Translations under genes and position numbers: made by a program
The notes under the pieces: generated by a model
What the model saw: the letters and a program-made list of their open reading frames with translations, nothing else
What the model was told of the DNA's origin: nothing
Database searches by the model: none
In this document: piece after piece, positions 12,241-26,926 of the stretch
Layout: every line of letters starts with the position of its first letter
Position numbering within the stretch: position 1 is the first letter of the stretch
From: Negaprion brevirostris
Lineage: Eukaryota
Assembly: GCA_030324005.1 (NCBI GenBank)
Contig: JARDVH010000137.1
Coordinates: 23,602,226-23,666,225 of the forward strand
Direction of reading: 5' to 3'
Length of the DNA stretch: 64,000 nucleotides

Positions 12241-15200
12241 AGTGAGCCAGGGAACAATTAGAGAGAGAAAAGGTGTGGGGGAATTAAAATAGCTGCAAAC
12301 CCTGGACCATACCTGGAAAAATATTATTGATTTTTGTGTGTGTTATTTAAATTAGGTTGCAGCAAAAAAAAAGCCTTTTGTTGCCTTGAGGGCTTTTTTA
12401 GATTGAATAGACGATGCTGTGATTTTTTTTGGGGGGGGGGCGTTCCCCCCCCCTCCCATTTCGATTTTTTTCTCTCTCATTTTAAATAGGTTTTATTCTC
12501 TCCTTCCTCCCATTGACTTTCTCTGAGATTGCTCCCCGCTTGTGGAACAATCGAGTGAATCAGACACTTGCCTCAGCCCCGGGCAGGCGTGGATGGAGCT
12601 TTTTCTCTTTGCTTCCACTATTCCAGCCTTTCCTCCCCCAGTCCACTCCCCACTCTTTCTCTCGCCCACCAGCGTTTCTTCTTCTTTATTTACTCGCTTT
12701 TTTATTTCTTTTCTTCCCCTACCTTTTTTATGTTGGAGTTTGCCTCTGCCCCTGATTTTGTGAGAGCTGGGTTAGAAAAAGGGCGGGAGGAGGTGGGTGA
12801 GTTGTAAGGGGAGAGAGTGGTTGAGAGGGATTAGCACAAAGTTTTTTTTTGATTGGGGAGGGAGAGAACAAATTCCACCTTTTTGGTCCCCACACAGTCG
12901 ACAACTGAATTGTGTGCTGGTCAGCCACCACTTCGGGTGTAATGGGAGCACAATGGCTGGTAGCTGCTGATTTTTTTTTAATATATATATGGTATGGTTC
13001 ACACACACACACACACCCAGAGGAGGTGTGTGTGTCAATAATTAGCTTCAGTAATGCTGCAAGATGGCTGGTGATATGGACAGTGGCTCAACTCTTTCTT
13101 ATGAGCTCTGCTGGGGGAAAAACACAGCTTTAGAGGATGGGTATTCCTCACGTTGGCTGATTTGGTTATTATAGCCCTGTCTGCGGAATTGGGTTGTACA
13201 TTCTCAGAAATTGGCTGTTGTGAATACGTACCAGTATGCAAAACCTTGATGCACACTGCTATCTCGTACCACTGGATACCAGTTGTAGTGGTATGGGTCC
13301 TTTTAAGCACAGCATGAATATGTTGTTTAAAAAAAAGTAGCTCGGGAAGGGATGGTAAACTGTAGGTAACATTATCATTTTTATTAATTTTTTTATAGAA
13401 GAAAATCTCTAGCTTATAGTACGCATGTGCAAAAGTAATGCATCCCTTGTAAATATTTTACTGCTCAAAGGTTTAAAATTCTGCATGTGCATCTACAGAT
13501 TTATTATCTCATTTATTTTTCCCTTGAACTAATTCATTTCATGGGTTGGATAACTGCCATGCTGATCTCGTCAAGTCACAAAGCCATCAAGTGGAACAGT
13601 TCATGTGTAGAGATGGGAGCAAGAATTTATTCCATGCCTTATCGCATCTCAAAGTGCTTAGTATGCAATTAAGTAAATTACTTTACTGAAGCAGCCTTTT
13701 GTTATGTAGGTAAGTGTGCAGTCACTTAATGTATGACATGTTACAATCAGCAATGGGAAAAATGACCAGTTAAATTTTGGTTATTGGTTGAAGAAAGGAT
13801 ACTACTCGTTACACAATATGGGATCTTTACACCCACCTGAAGCACCAAGACAGGAAGATGGTGTGCAGCCAGCCAAACTGGGCTGCAGAGGTATAAACTC
13901 GCATGAAGAATTGAGGGGGGAATGAAGAAAGGAATGCGAGATTAATGGCAGAGAGGGGAATGACATAATCTATCATTGTGAGCGACAAGTCTCCTTCATT
14001 CCTCTCTACCCAGTTCTCTCTAATAATTATATATTTGCCAACTGATATTCACACACACACTTTCATTGCCAAAATTCTGTTATTGTAGGCATTGAACCTT
14101 TGCAGCTTGAGGTCTGGGTTGTAGTGAAGGCTTTTTTATAATCCGCAAGCTATTAGAATTTTAAATGTCTGGTGTTGGGTTGGATTCTTTGCTTTAAATG
14201 AGGATGCCTAAATTGTGGGTGATGTCTGGTGCTGACAAAACCAGTCATTTTCTGTGTTTGGGAAGGGGAGTTGTTTATTGCTTTTGGTTGATCCAGAATA
14301 TTAGATTTGTAGTGTGGAAGATAGGGCATATCTCTGTTTAGTTTGAGCCCTATAATGAATTAAAATTCAAATAATTTGTTATCTGGAGTTTGCAATACTG
14401 ATATATAGTAGTCATATATCTGAGCTCTAAAGAACAGTAATGTTAAAACTGTTTTTGGGTTACTTTCGTTGATTTGCATCGGAGCAACTGGCTCGCAACT
14501 GAAATAATGTTTGTGCTAGTTTCCTTAACTAAGCAGTTGCACGTCTGTTGCGTTAATGAGGTCAATTATTGTGAGGAGGAGAGGTGGTTGTTTTATGTTC
14601 TGAAAATGTTAAAATGTCCATATGTTAATGACTCCAAAAAATGTTTAACATTTGATCCATGCCTGTCTAAGTAAATGTGAAGTGATATCTGGCACCATCC
14701 AGTCATGTTTTGCTTTCAGCTGCTGTTCTAAGTGGTCCTACAGGAGATTGTACCACTTTGGCTGCAGTCTGCAGTGCAATTTTGGAAATCAAAAATTGTA
14801 TAACCCATGAAGCTTACAGAAGCAGCACTGTTTGCCAAGTCACTAGTAGTGAGATGTCATCACATGTTGGCGTGTAGGCAGGATTTTATCCATGATCTCT
14901 ATTCAAGTTAGCCAATCTCAGCCAAGAGGAGACTGGATGGGTGAGCCACTCAGTCATGTGCATAGGTGCCACCGCCTGGTTCCATAACTACATCCATGGA
15001 GCAGGACTAACAGGTCATTTTTGTGCAATTATGTGTGGATCAAAACAGTAGTAAAGTTAACAACAAATACTAACAGGTGTGATATCTTACTTCTTATCTA
15101 GAAGTTGGAAATGTGGTTTTCGAGGGCCTTAACTTGGAGTATTTTCCATTCATTAGTTCATTCATGCCAACTCACATTTTTTTCATTAATGCTGTCATGA

Positions 15201-15354
15201 TCTAAATATGTTTAAATGCAAAAATCTGTTTGTGGACACCATGCTGCAAAATTAATTTGCAACCCAAGAAGCTTTATTTCCATTCTTGGAAAAATGATTA
15301 AAGTTCATAGTACATTTCAGATCTCTGTCTTGCTGCATGTGTGAAACAGCATGT

Positions 15355-15590
15355 CCATAAAAATCTGGAATTAAAAGCTAATGTTAGTAATGGTGACCAT
15401 GAAATTATCATTGATTGTCATAAGACCCCACTTGGTTCACTGAAGCCTTTTGGGAAGGAAACCTGTCATCCTTACCTAGATGTGATTCCAGACCCACAGC
15501 AATTTGCTTGACTCTAGGATGATTAGGGACAGACAACAAATGCTGGCCTTCCCAGCAATACTCTAATCACAAGAAAGAATGTTTAAAAAT
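15355..15590 (+). mobile_element. SINE, MER131-like (name tentative)
   Basis: ggttcactgaagcc..ggaaggaaacctg..ccttacct..gtgattccagacccacagcaat..caaatgctggcctt; same family as 40435-40673. Confidence 0.65.
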
Positions 15591-18500
15591 GCATTTATAC
15601 AGCAGTGTATAATATTGTTCTCTATATTTGCTCATGCTATACAAAGTATACCATATATACCATGCACTCAGCTGAGACAATGAGTTGGCACACTTTTTTT
15701 TCTGTTTGTTCAGGTCAGTGTGAATGCATAATTGGGAATGATTCCTCTGATATGATCATGTCTCCTACAGTGGACTGCAGTAGCAGTGTTCATTTATCTG
15801 AAAAGTGATTAAAATTTAAATTCCAAGAAGGGAAAAACAGCTCTGTATGATCACAAGATGCTACGGTGAAAACAGTACATTTATAAATCTTAAGTCTTCC
15901 CTGTCCTGGCAGTGAACAGCTATTTGGAAAAAGCCTCATGACGCCAGAGCATCAACTTGGAGCTTTAATTAGCTAAAAAGAATAATTACAAATGCTGGAA
16001 TTTTGAAATTAAAGCAGAAAATATGTACAGGAGATTTGTCAGTATTTGAAAAGACAAAAAAAGGTAATGTTCTGGGTGTAGAACTTTCAGTAGAATTCAT
16101 CATCTGAATTGCTTTGTACATTTTGGTGTAAAGCATCTATAATTATGATAGTGTTTCTCTGCAGATGGTTCCCAAGGCTGATGCTTGTTCAACTTCAATG
16201 GGGCACCTGCTGGTTCTGCTAAATCTGGGAATTGGAAGACCAGCTTTTTACTAGGTTTTCCCATTAGCTGGATTTATCTTAGAGTGGTTAATGAAGATGT
16301 TCCTGGCTTGTGACAATCATGCAAGAGCTCTATTGATTGCTGGTTATAAAAGGTGAATAAAGGTAGCAGAAGGCAGACTTTTAGCCATGATGGACTTCTA
16401 TTGTCCCCAGTTATGAATTCTACTAAAGTCATTGAAGGGAATATTTGTAAATTGTCAGATGTATGTCACCTGCTGCTGCTAGAGAATTGTAAAATATGCT
16501 GTTGTATCTTCAGCAAGGACAGCAAAACTCTTTGACCAAACTGTCCTAAGTTGTGCTGTTGTACCAAGGCTTGAACTAATGGATTGAAAAGGATCCTTCA
16601 GAGATTCATCTCTGCAACTGCAGAAAATAAAACAGCTGTTTTACGCCTTCCTTTTGCTTTTGCTGGTGGTTGCTGGGATCTGGAATGGAGGCTAAATTGA
16701 ACTTTATTTCCATTTTGCATGTTTTGTTAGTGAAGTAATGTTAAAAACTGAACTGGAGTACAGTTTCTAGACTTTTTTAGGCTATTTTTAGAATCTTTTG
16801 CATTCTTCACAAATAACTTCTTAACCTCAAACTACATATTTCTTTTACCACCTTCCAACCATTGCTTCCTTATTTCATTCTTAACAAAATCATCTGTCTA
16901 AGAGCGCTGCACTTTTATCATATTCCCTGCTTCAGCCGAGAGAGTAGAATGGGTGCTGTCAAGTTGGTGATCACTTAATCATGCAACACGCCAGTAGGGA
17001 AACTGTTCTATATGTGGTTTGTTACATTTTTCTGTACGCCATTGTGGCACCAGTGTTCCATCATTTTACCATAAGATGGTGCATGGATCCAAGTTTTATC
17101 ATGTCAGTGGCTGAACATGGTTTGGAGAATGACTGATTACCTTTCAAAATGCTGTGACTATTGTTTGTTAAATGTTGCAGCATTTCTGTATCCAAGTTTT
17201 AACAGATCAAGTGTCCAATTTGGGTTGGTTAAAAGATGATGTTGGCTGGAAGCCAGAGGAAACTCCCTGCTCTTTCAATAGTGTCAGTGACTGTCCATTT
17301 GAACTACATTGGCATGGTTTGTTTATTTATGAGGGAGCTCTGTAGGGTTGGCTATTGTTGAATTGGAGGAGGTGCTGTTTTATAAAAATGAGGAGGAAGT
17401 TTATTGGAAGGCATACCATAGCAGTTTCTTTTTGTGGTCTTTGTAATGGGGTTTTAAAAAAAAAATTAATTGGGTGCACAATATGTATTAATGTATGTAT
17501 TGAGGTTTACTTTGAATTGGAAGAAAATAGACAAAATAGTTGTTGCTTTTGGTGGGTTACCTATAAGGGTTCCAATACGGTTTTCAGTATTCCCAGTTAG
17601 AAAGGAAAAACAATTGGGATTTGCACTTCTTGCCACTTGCCAATGACCTTGGTGGCAGGTGAGAAAAGATTGTACTCCAAATTGATATTCAACCTCATTG
17701 ACTGCTGTGCCAACCCTGCATGTGTAGGCTTGTGTACAAAGAATGGTCACTTGGGTAAAGCACTGGGTTGCCAATACCCGAGAAACCATTTTTCCACAGT
17801 CTGTGCCTTCAGAAGACAAAAGGGGAAAAATCTTACAATAAAATCTTAAAATTTTAATTGATTTTATGTCTAGATGTTAACCTGCATTATTTAAAATTGC
17901 TTTTTCGGGAGGGGACTATTCAGCATGCCTTCTCATCTATTTTATGGAACCTGTATAAGTGCTAATGAAGGGGATGTATGTGGTGTCATGGTATATGAGC
18001 TACCAAGATGACAAATTGGGTATCCGAGAAAAGCTTTGTTATCAACTGCTGCATTCAGCTGAGCTCTCTTTTTGCTGGTGAATTACATTTTGGATTCCTG
18101 TGTGTGCGTATGTTTCCTCCCCGTTAATCATTACATCATCACTAACCAATGAGGAGTGTCTTGAGAAATATAAGGTGGTGAGCTCTGCTTGGAATGTGCT
18201 ATCTCAACTTACAGATGATGTAGCTTTCTGACACAGAATTGGGGCTTTTGGTTACTTAGCAACGTTAATTGTTTGATGGTTTGCACCTTCAGAATGTGGG
18301 GGTTTAATTCTGTGATGGGCAGGTTATTTAAAATGCTGCATCGCCGTTCTTTGTAAAATGTTTCGATGTTAAATATATATAGTGTAGCACTGCAGAATTA
18401 ATTGTGTTTGACAAAAGAAGCATTGTCTTGCTAACAGGATCATTTTGGTCAGTGATGTGATAGGTATTTGATGTGAATTACATTGTTTTGTGCCAAGTAT

Positions 18501-19214
18501 TTGACAAACAAGGTTTACCAAGTATTTCTTTGAAGACTACTTTCAACAACAATTCTGTAATCTCTGCCGCCGCCTCCTCCCTATCTACCAATTTTGTGGT
18601 TTAAAAAAATGGAATAGGGATGTGATATGAGTAATTACATTTTTTTATATAAAAACATTGGAGTATTATAAGTGCCACTCCCTGGCTTTTTTTTAAGATT
18701 GTTCCATTTTGAGCTCTGTTTGCATTTGTATTTCATGAAGGCAGCTGTATTGTTGTAAAAGCTTCAAAATGCTATCATATTCTGATTAAATTCCCAGGAA
18801 CCACTTTTTCTATAGAATTGTGTCTAGAAATAGCTGCTAGTTTGCTTTGTTTCAAACATTATAAGCACATCTAGTTTGATGGGCACATCTTGTATTTAGC
18901 TAGTAACGTTGTGTATTTTTTAAAATTCTAGTGTTTTGTGGATTGTGTTATGTGAATCCATCCATTTGCACTTACGGTAATTGCATTTATTCAGTCACTA
19001 CAAAACAATTTCATTGTTCTGGATTATTTTCATTGGACTTTGAAAGGTGTATTTGAGATTTGTCCTCTTTTTCCTGTGAAGTCACAAATAGTAGGCCTTG
19101 GTTGTGAGGAATTTCTGCTTTACGACACAGTCCACTATCAGCTTGTTTGAGATCTGTGTTTAGAACTCGACTCTTTCATCAGTTCTTGGACCTGGATGAA
19201 GCATGAGGTGTTGT

Positions 19215-19860
19215 GATGCAAATATTGTGATATAGATTGAGTGACTGGGTAAAAACCTGGCAAATGGAGTTTTTTAATCTGGGGATCTGAGAGGTCAGGC
19301 ACTTTGGGAAAAATCACAAGTCAGATTATTATCTGAATGGAAAGAGAAGTAAGTGAAGTACTGAGGAATCTAAGTGTTCTAATGCATGAATCATAAAAAG
19401 CTAGCAAGGAGGTCTAACAATTAGTTTAGAAGGCAAATGTCATTTTGGCCTTTATTGCAAAGAGATTGGAGTTGAAAAATAGGGAGGTTTTGCAATTGTA
19501 CAGGTTGCAGGTAAGGCCTCAACTGGAAAATTGTGTACAGTTTTGGTCCCCTTACCAAAAAAAAAAGGGGGGGCTTGACAGGGTAGATGGTGAAATGTTT
19601 TCACTGGTGGGAAAGCCTTGAATAGGGGAACATAGCTACAAGTAAATGGCTGATAATTTAAGGTGTGTAGAAATTTCTTTTTGCAGAGGGTGGTAACTCT
19701 CTGGAATTCTCTGCCCCAAAGGATGGTGGAGGTGGATAGATCGAGGAATAGAGGGCTATGGGGAAATGGCACAGGAAAGGAGCTGAGGCTGGCATAGATT
19801 GGGGTAGCCTTGAAGGGCCTAGTGGCTACTCCTGCTTCTATTTCTTGTGCTGTTATGTAC
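19215..19860 (+). mobile_element. Degenerate CR1 LINE 3' portion
   Basis: tggcaaatggagttt, tgtgtacagttttggtcccctta, tggaattctctgccccaa, CR1 tail. Confidence 0.75.
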
Positions 19861-20367
19861 CCTGCCTTAGGAGGTGAGGCAACAGCCAGACGACAGAATT
19901 AAGTGATTATGACCAGCACTGTTTGCCATTTGGACCACCATTTTATTCTGGAAATAACATTGCTAGAATGATCAGTCACAAGCAGGCCGTCATGGTGCAT
20001 AGTGACTGCTGGTGTATTATCATATGCATACATTATTTTATTGTCGCCAGTGCTATCTGGAATCAGGAGGTTGTCATTTTACAGAATCAGTACTGTCCAA
20101 AAATGCACACTAATTGCTTTTAATTTGACAGTCTCACTTTGAGCCTTAAGGATGGGGAGTGTGGGAACCAGCAATACGATGGGGGCTGGGGGGAGAGGAA
20201 GGTTGAATCAATTAAGAGTGCATCAGAAAACTGTAGAAGAACGGTTGCATTTATTCTGTGCAGTTGCTGAATGCAAAGGGCTTAACATGTTTGAGTATTG
20301 TCCCTTGTTGATACCTTTATGAATGCACTGACTAACAGAAAGGCACTCGCAGATATAAGTTAAGTCG

Positions 20368-23300
20368 TGTAATGCAAGATTTGAACATTTTATTATATTG
20401 CCCTTTCTGCTGCTCTATCTGGGAATTGTACGTTAGTTCAATAATGACTGTCTTCAGTTGAACACGCAGGAACATGGTGACAGGGCTGAGATGAAATTTT
20501 CTTTCGCATTCCATTTGAGAAATTAAGGATTGAACATTGTGATACACTTCTAGAACTCCTAAACTTGATTCTGAGGAAGACTGAGCAATTTTAAAGATTT
20601 TGTGGACACATTGTGTTCAGGTACACAATACGTCAGCATCTGTAATTGGGAAAAAAATGACGCTGAAGACATGTTTGGTAAAGTTTCACCCCTAACAAAG
20701 AGGACTGGTATAATTGTGAACATTTAGTCTGAAAGCAAATAAAATAACAGATGAGAATGAAGTAAAGGTGTTCCCCAGCATGATGGGACCAGATGCTTTT
20801 GAGGTGGTGTAACCTGTGAGATCAGAATAAGAGATTCTGGACTCAATGTGGCATGACTAAGAATGAGATTTACATGAAGTTGCAATCCCAGGAAAGGAAG
20901 CAGTTTCCAAGTGAGACTATTGCAGATTAAATTCTCAGATTCAAGAAACTTTCACGTCACTGGGTATGGTGATGTAGACTTAGAAATCAACCTAAGAGAC
21001 ATGTAGGAGGCTAGTTAAATCCAGGCAAAGCTTTTGAGCAAAGGCAATAAGCTGATGTGAGAGGAGGCCATCAATGAGATCAGAGCCGTAGAAATGGCAA
21101 AAAGAGATAATTGCAAGGGAGCTCTTTCCCTGAGCTGGCAGGGAAGGTCCACCAGATTTCAGCAAGGTCGAGGTCACAAGAACCGAGTTCACGGTCCAAA
21201 AGAGATTTAGATGCTACTACTGCCATTGACCATGTAAATGCTCCCCATTTCCAGACCAAAATGCTATGCCTGTGGGAAAGTCAGTCAATTATTATTAGCA
21301 GGAGTGGAGGAAGCAGCCGTGCACCAAGTCAATGTAATAAATTTAAACCTGGAAGTCCTCATTGTGCATTGATATGGAAATGTAAGTTGGTGTTATTGAG
21401 CAGTCATATTCAGAGAACATGAAAAACACAATACGTGGAAGTTGAGAGCAATCAGGCTGAAGGTATAATTCCAACATCCACAGTAAAAATGGAAGTCAGA
21501 CATTTGGAACTTGCTTTTATCATTGATATAGCTGCAACAGTGTCTGATACCTCAAGGAAAATACCAGAAGTCCCTAAATAACATTATCTTTTGTAAAACT
21601 GGTATGAAATGGACCAGTTATTCCAGTTATGTATGGTTAATGTTGGGAGTGGAATATGATGTTACAGCGTTACTTGCCATAGGTTGTGGTAGAAGAAAAC
21701 AAAGCCTCTGTAGTGGGAAGGAACTGGCTGAAGACAATATGAATAAAGTGGGCCGAGTTACTTTATAGTAGAATTCAAGAAGAATATGTCTGACATTGAG
21801 AAAATGTCAAAAGAAATGGTCTTTGAGAGCAAGGAGGACCAAATGATAAAATTAGCAATCAATTAAGATATTAAATATTACAAGTCAGATTGTGTAAATG
21901 TGGACATTCTTGCAAGATTTCCTGTGAAACCTGATTCACTTTTAGCCACTGAGTTATCTGATTTGCTTTACGTAACACAAATGTTATTCCAATGTCTAAC
22001 AGAGAAATTAGTGACAAAACTCAAGAATATGATGCTTGATTATGCCATCGAGTGGGTTGCTGAAAAAGAAATTTCAGGAATATTTCACTTGTGAATGTAG
22101 GTGAATTGTATTTGCTGTGGGGTTTGAGTTGTTATTCTGCCAAGATTTAAAGAGAGTTTGCTAGAAGAACTTCCATGAAAAGCACACCAGCATCCATGCA
22201 AAAGCAGTAGCTAGAGCTGCCTTTGTGTGCCTTGATGAGAAATAGTCTGACCAAGATTCTCTTCTAGTCCATGTGAAAGCACTATCAAGAGCTGCTTTTG
22301 GTGTCCGAAGAGAGACTGAGATATTGAAGAGTTAGTGAAAAGTTGTGACGTGTCTTGATGAGAAATGATCCAACCGAGGTTCTTTTCATTCCATGTCAAA
22401 CACAAGGAAAATGTGGGAATGAGCAGTTGCTTTCTTAAGGGAAAGCATATCATGTTTTGATCTATAGCTATAGCAAGTGGATAACTGAGTCCGTACCTAA
22501 TACCGTGACTTAAGGTTTTAAGAGGTTGGCTTGCTATTTATGGATCGCCAGAGGTGTTGATGTCAGGTAATTGTCTACAGTTTACATCAAAAGAGAAATA
22601 TTGATGTTAGAATGGAGTCAAACACATTAATACCATGTATCAGTCAGCATCAAATAGTACTGCAGAAATAAGTGCATGAATTTGAGGTCTTTGCAGAAAT
22701 ATTTACTAGCTCTAAAGCTAGGCATTAATTTCCAAGTTTCTCTTTGATAGTCTAGACAAATTTTTGTGACAGAATAACCTGACAATTTACAACAGGTTTC
22801 TCATCTTACAAGTTGGTGTTTAAACAGGCTCCTAAGATGAGGTTTAGTTTGCTTAATCCTGAGGTCAATGGCAAAATAAGAGAAAAAGATAAAACCAGGC
22901 ATGAAACTAGAGAGTTGAGTGCTGGTCAGAAGATTGTGATGCTGTTAACTAAAGTGATGAGAAGTATGTGATTGGAGTTGTTTTATAGACTAGGTGCTTT
23001 TACATCTCGTGAAGATTGGAGAGTGACCTCGGAGTGTCACGTAGATCATTTGCTTGAAAGAGAAAGTATGAAAAGGGGAGGAGCAGAGGAATCCTTCTAA
23101 ATTGAAATTTCTTTTACAGCCCAAAGAGAAAGTCAGAAAGAAATTGAAAGCCAAAAAGAAACTGGAAGTTAGCTGGTATTGCACAGGAAAGTGAGTCAGG
23201 TATTTGATTGAGACAAATTAATGTCACAGCTTCAACCATTAAATGGAGTTGATATTCAAAGTTCAAATTTGATATGGCAAGTTGTTTAGAGAGCATGGTC

Positions 23301-23732
23301 AAGCTAATGGAAATGGAAAAAGAGTCCAGCCAGAGAGAATCCAGATAAGTGAACTGAAAGGATGAAGAAATGTTTAACAAAGATATTTAAAAAGAACATG
23401 TACTGATGTTAAGGAAAAACATTTTTATTTACATGTAAATTACTCCAGTAATTTTGGTCACGTGTTTTGGTTGTGATGATCGAAACAAGCACTCAAATGG
23501 GTTAAATTTAATGGAATGTTTATGTTAGTTTAATCGTATTATATCTAGAAATTAAACACATATACCATTTTTGCTTTTTTTTTTAAAGTGGGGACAGTGT
23601 GGAATATTGCAAGATGTGTGCATTTTGTAATACTGCCCTCTCTGCTGCCCTTCCTGTGGAGAAGGTGTAAATACAGGTCAATAATTGCTGTCAGGAGCAG
23701 AGCATATGTTCACCTTAATGCAGTATACAACA
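20368..23732 (+). mobile_element. Degenerate Gypsy/Ty3-type LTR retrotransposon lacking RT, in RAC3 intron 1
   Basis: 5' LTR 20368-20474 (TGT..ACA) followed by TGG PBS; CYACGK knuckle near 21262; FIIDIAATVS protease near 21516; GRNWL; integrase DIEELVKSCDV, YGSPEVLMSGNCLQFTS, NGVKHI; PPT aaagtggggacag 23585-23597; homologous 3' LTR from 23598 (right end uncertain). Confidence 0.8.
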
Positions 23733-26637
23733 AATAGCTTGCTTTTTTTAATGTCTGATTTATTGACAAGCCATCCATTTACCCTGTCTGACATTTGTTG
23801 TAGAATAAATCAGGTTACTATTCCACTCTCCACAACTCTACCACTATAGCTAGTAACTATTTTCTCATATTTAAATTAAATAGAAACACTTCTAATTTAA
23901 GGTGGAAACAAATCTGGTCCAATACGTGTGAAATATTTTGAACATCATTAAATTCTATGTTAACAAAAAGACACCCAGCTCCCACGTATGAATCAGTGTT
24001 TTAGAAATTGAATCCCTTAAATTAATGTTTGTACCAGGATAATTATTCAGGTTCTGGTGAAGCATTATATCTGATTTGTCACTTCTCTGTAGATGGTCTA
24101 TTGACAGGTTATGATAATACAAAAAGCAGATTTAAAGAAAGCACTTTCTCCCTCTTCGATTAGGAAACATTTTTGCCTGTGTTTCCTGTCAAAATTTTTA
24201 AGCATCTTTTTTCCTTGCACCTTACATCCTTCTGGACTTCTACTGGAGTAGAACTGCACGGGTACTGAACCTCATCCAAGTAAGCATTATTGCAAATGGC
24301 AGTTTATTCAACTGCTGGAGAACACAGCTGAGCTGAATCCTGCTTTCTTATCGACAGCCATACGTATGAATATTTTGTAGCTGGATAGCTGTTAGAAATG
24401 TTTGCACGTTTATACATCGAATCTAATTCGGCAAAGATGAGCAGTCAAGTTCAGACTTCCAGTTGGAACGCCTCAGTACGTTTAGCCACAGTAGTAGCTA
24501 TAATAGTTGTATTTTTTAGCTTTTTGGCACACATCTGTCTGCCAGTTTATAAATAATAAGCCATTTCACCTTGACGTCAGTGGCATGTTAGTGTCACTAC
24601 TTCTCAAAGTGCTGATTTTATGCAAGCCTGCCACAATTTAGATGTAATATTACCATGTCTTGCTAGATCATGCATCCTGGACCACCACACCCCAACCTAG
24701 TCTTAGCAACTAGCCACCTAATGTTACATTTGGTTTGCAGTTGGCTACACAAAATCTGTGGATGTAGGAATGTTCCACTGAGTGTGCAACCATGAATAGT
24801 AGTAAAGCAGAAAATGCTGGAAAAATTCAGCAGGTCTGCCCGTATCTGTGGACAATGAAACAGAATTAACTGTAGTGGAGAGTAGTGTCTAGTTTGCTCA
24901 GAAGGAAGAACAAGATGATCAAAGTGCCTTCCACACACAGCTTCAAACTGCTTTCTTCACCTGGAATTCAAGAACTGGTTTTTATTCCATTAAGTTTGAA
25001 CGGACTCCGAACCTTCTTTCCAGCTGAATTGAATCAATTCTGTGGCTTTATGTTGAGAATACAATAAACGCTGACCAAAACCTGCATTTCAGTGCCCGTG
25101 CCGCTGACCCCAAGATAAAAGGACCATTTAAAGTGGCTTCAGGAAATATTTGACTCCGTTGATTCTCAAGGAACAATAAATGATGGGCGAAGTGCATTTA
25201 CCAATCTCTAAACCATGCGATATAATTGGTGGTATCATATTTGTCAAAGGGTTTTCCAGCAATGTAGTGATGGAATAGTTTGACTGAGATGCGTTTGCAA
25301 TACTGGAATGCCAGAGTTTCAAGTTGGGACTGCACGTAGCCGCAATTTGAAGTCCTCAGTGGATTATATGTGAACTACTAATGAAATGTGTGAGAGAGCT
25401 TTTCCTTATCTGGAGATTGTGAGATTAACTTGCTCTTTTTAATAGAGTATTTAAATATTAATTTTAAACTCAAATGCTTTCTAAAGTTAACCTTACTTTT
25501 AAATTGGCTGAAAGTCCATATCAATGCAAGTTGCAACCCTCAGCATGAAGATCTCTCTTTGATGTCTTCATGCAATTTGTTTGGAAGAATCTGGTGTTCC
25601 TATAACAGTGCTTGTGTGTAATTTGCTTACTGATGATTCCTTGGTTTAAAAAAAAGATGTCCAAAGGAAACATAATTACTGGGTGCAAAGCTTCACTGAG
25701 CACTTGTGTATGATCACATCTGGTTAGAGAAGGGGTTAGGTGTCAGTCACAAGCTGAGTTGTAGACCTACATTCGCAGAATGGCGATCAGCTGGACAACC
25801 ATAAAAACAGGGCATTGCATAAAGCCAAAATATTTCGCATCAAATCTAACAGCATTTCAGAGTGAGAGAATTGAAGGACAAACTTGTCAACTCTCTGACT
25901 CCATTTCAACCCATTCCAATATTGCACAAAACCATCACCACCATTTCTGTACGTCTGTAAATTATGCAAGTAAGGTTCTGGGTTACAAAGCCAAGGATTT
26001 TCTACATTCATTCTCCATGTTTGGTATCAGGTTTAAATCTTTTGGACAATGCTTTGGGTAAGAAATAGGTGTTTTTTCTAAATCAATCAGTGGATTTTCC
26101 TCCAGTGGTCTTGATTTTGCATTGTGTAAGAATAATTGTGCTGAATCTCTATTTCGTACAGGAATGATGACTGAATTTTTTTAGATAATTATTTTTTTAA
26201 ATGCTCCTACAAATTGTTAATATTTCTATTGTAGACAATAGGTGGGAATGCTGGTAGAATGATGAAATTCCTGCAATATTCATGTACAATTAACGTATAC
26301 TAAAATGAAGGATAGCAAGCATCAGAGATGAAGCTTGGATTTAGAGGTGGGGTGCTGATGGGCAATTCAGTGGGACACCTGATTGTGCTTAACAATTCAG
26401 TCATTGATTTGGTGCTTATTTTGTTTCCATTGCTCAAAACTTTAAGCCATGGAAATTCAGCACAGTAACTTTAATATATCTGGTCAGAACTCTGAAAATG
26501 AATGATATAATTAAATGGACAATATGGATTTTGTGGGTTAGTAAATGTGAAAGCTGCTTGATTGTATTGAGTTTGTGTATCCACTTTAGCGCAAATTTAG
26601 ACTCCTGTAGATTGTTTTACATTGTTATTAATGCTAA

Positions 26638-26727
<90 letters not shown>

Positions 26728-26808
26728 TAAGTATTTGGTGTAGATTTTTCAAAACTCTTGAGCTGTTTAGAATTCAACAATCAAAAATATAATGTTTTAA
26801 TCTTGTAG

Positions 26809-26926
26809 ATTTGACAACTATTCAGCTAATGTTATGGTAGATGGGAAACCAGTGAATTTAGGACTCTGGGACACAGCAGGTCAAGAAGATTATGACCGAC
26901 TCCGACCCCTCTCTTACCCACAGACG
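26809..26926 (+). CDS. RAC3: RAC3 coding exon 3 ([39 protein letters not shown])
   Basis: Acceptor cttgtag|, donor |gtatgt; DTAGQ switch II motif. Confidence 0.97.
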
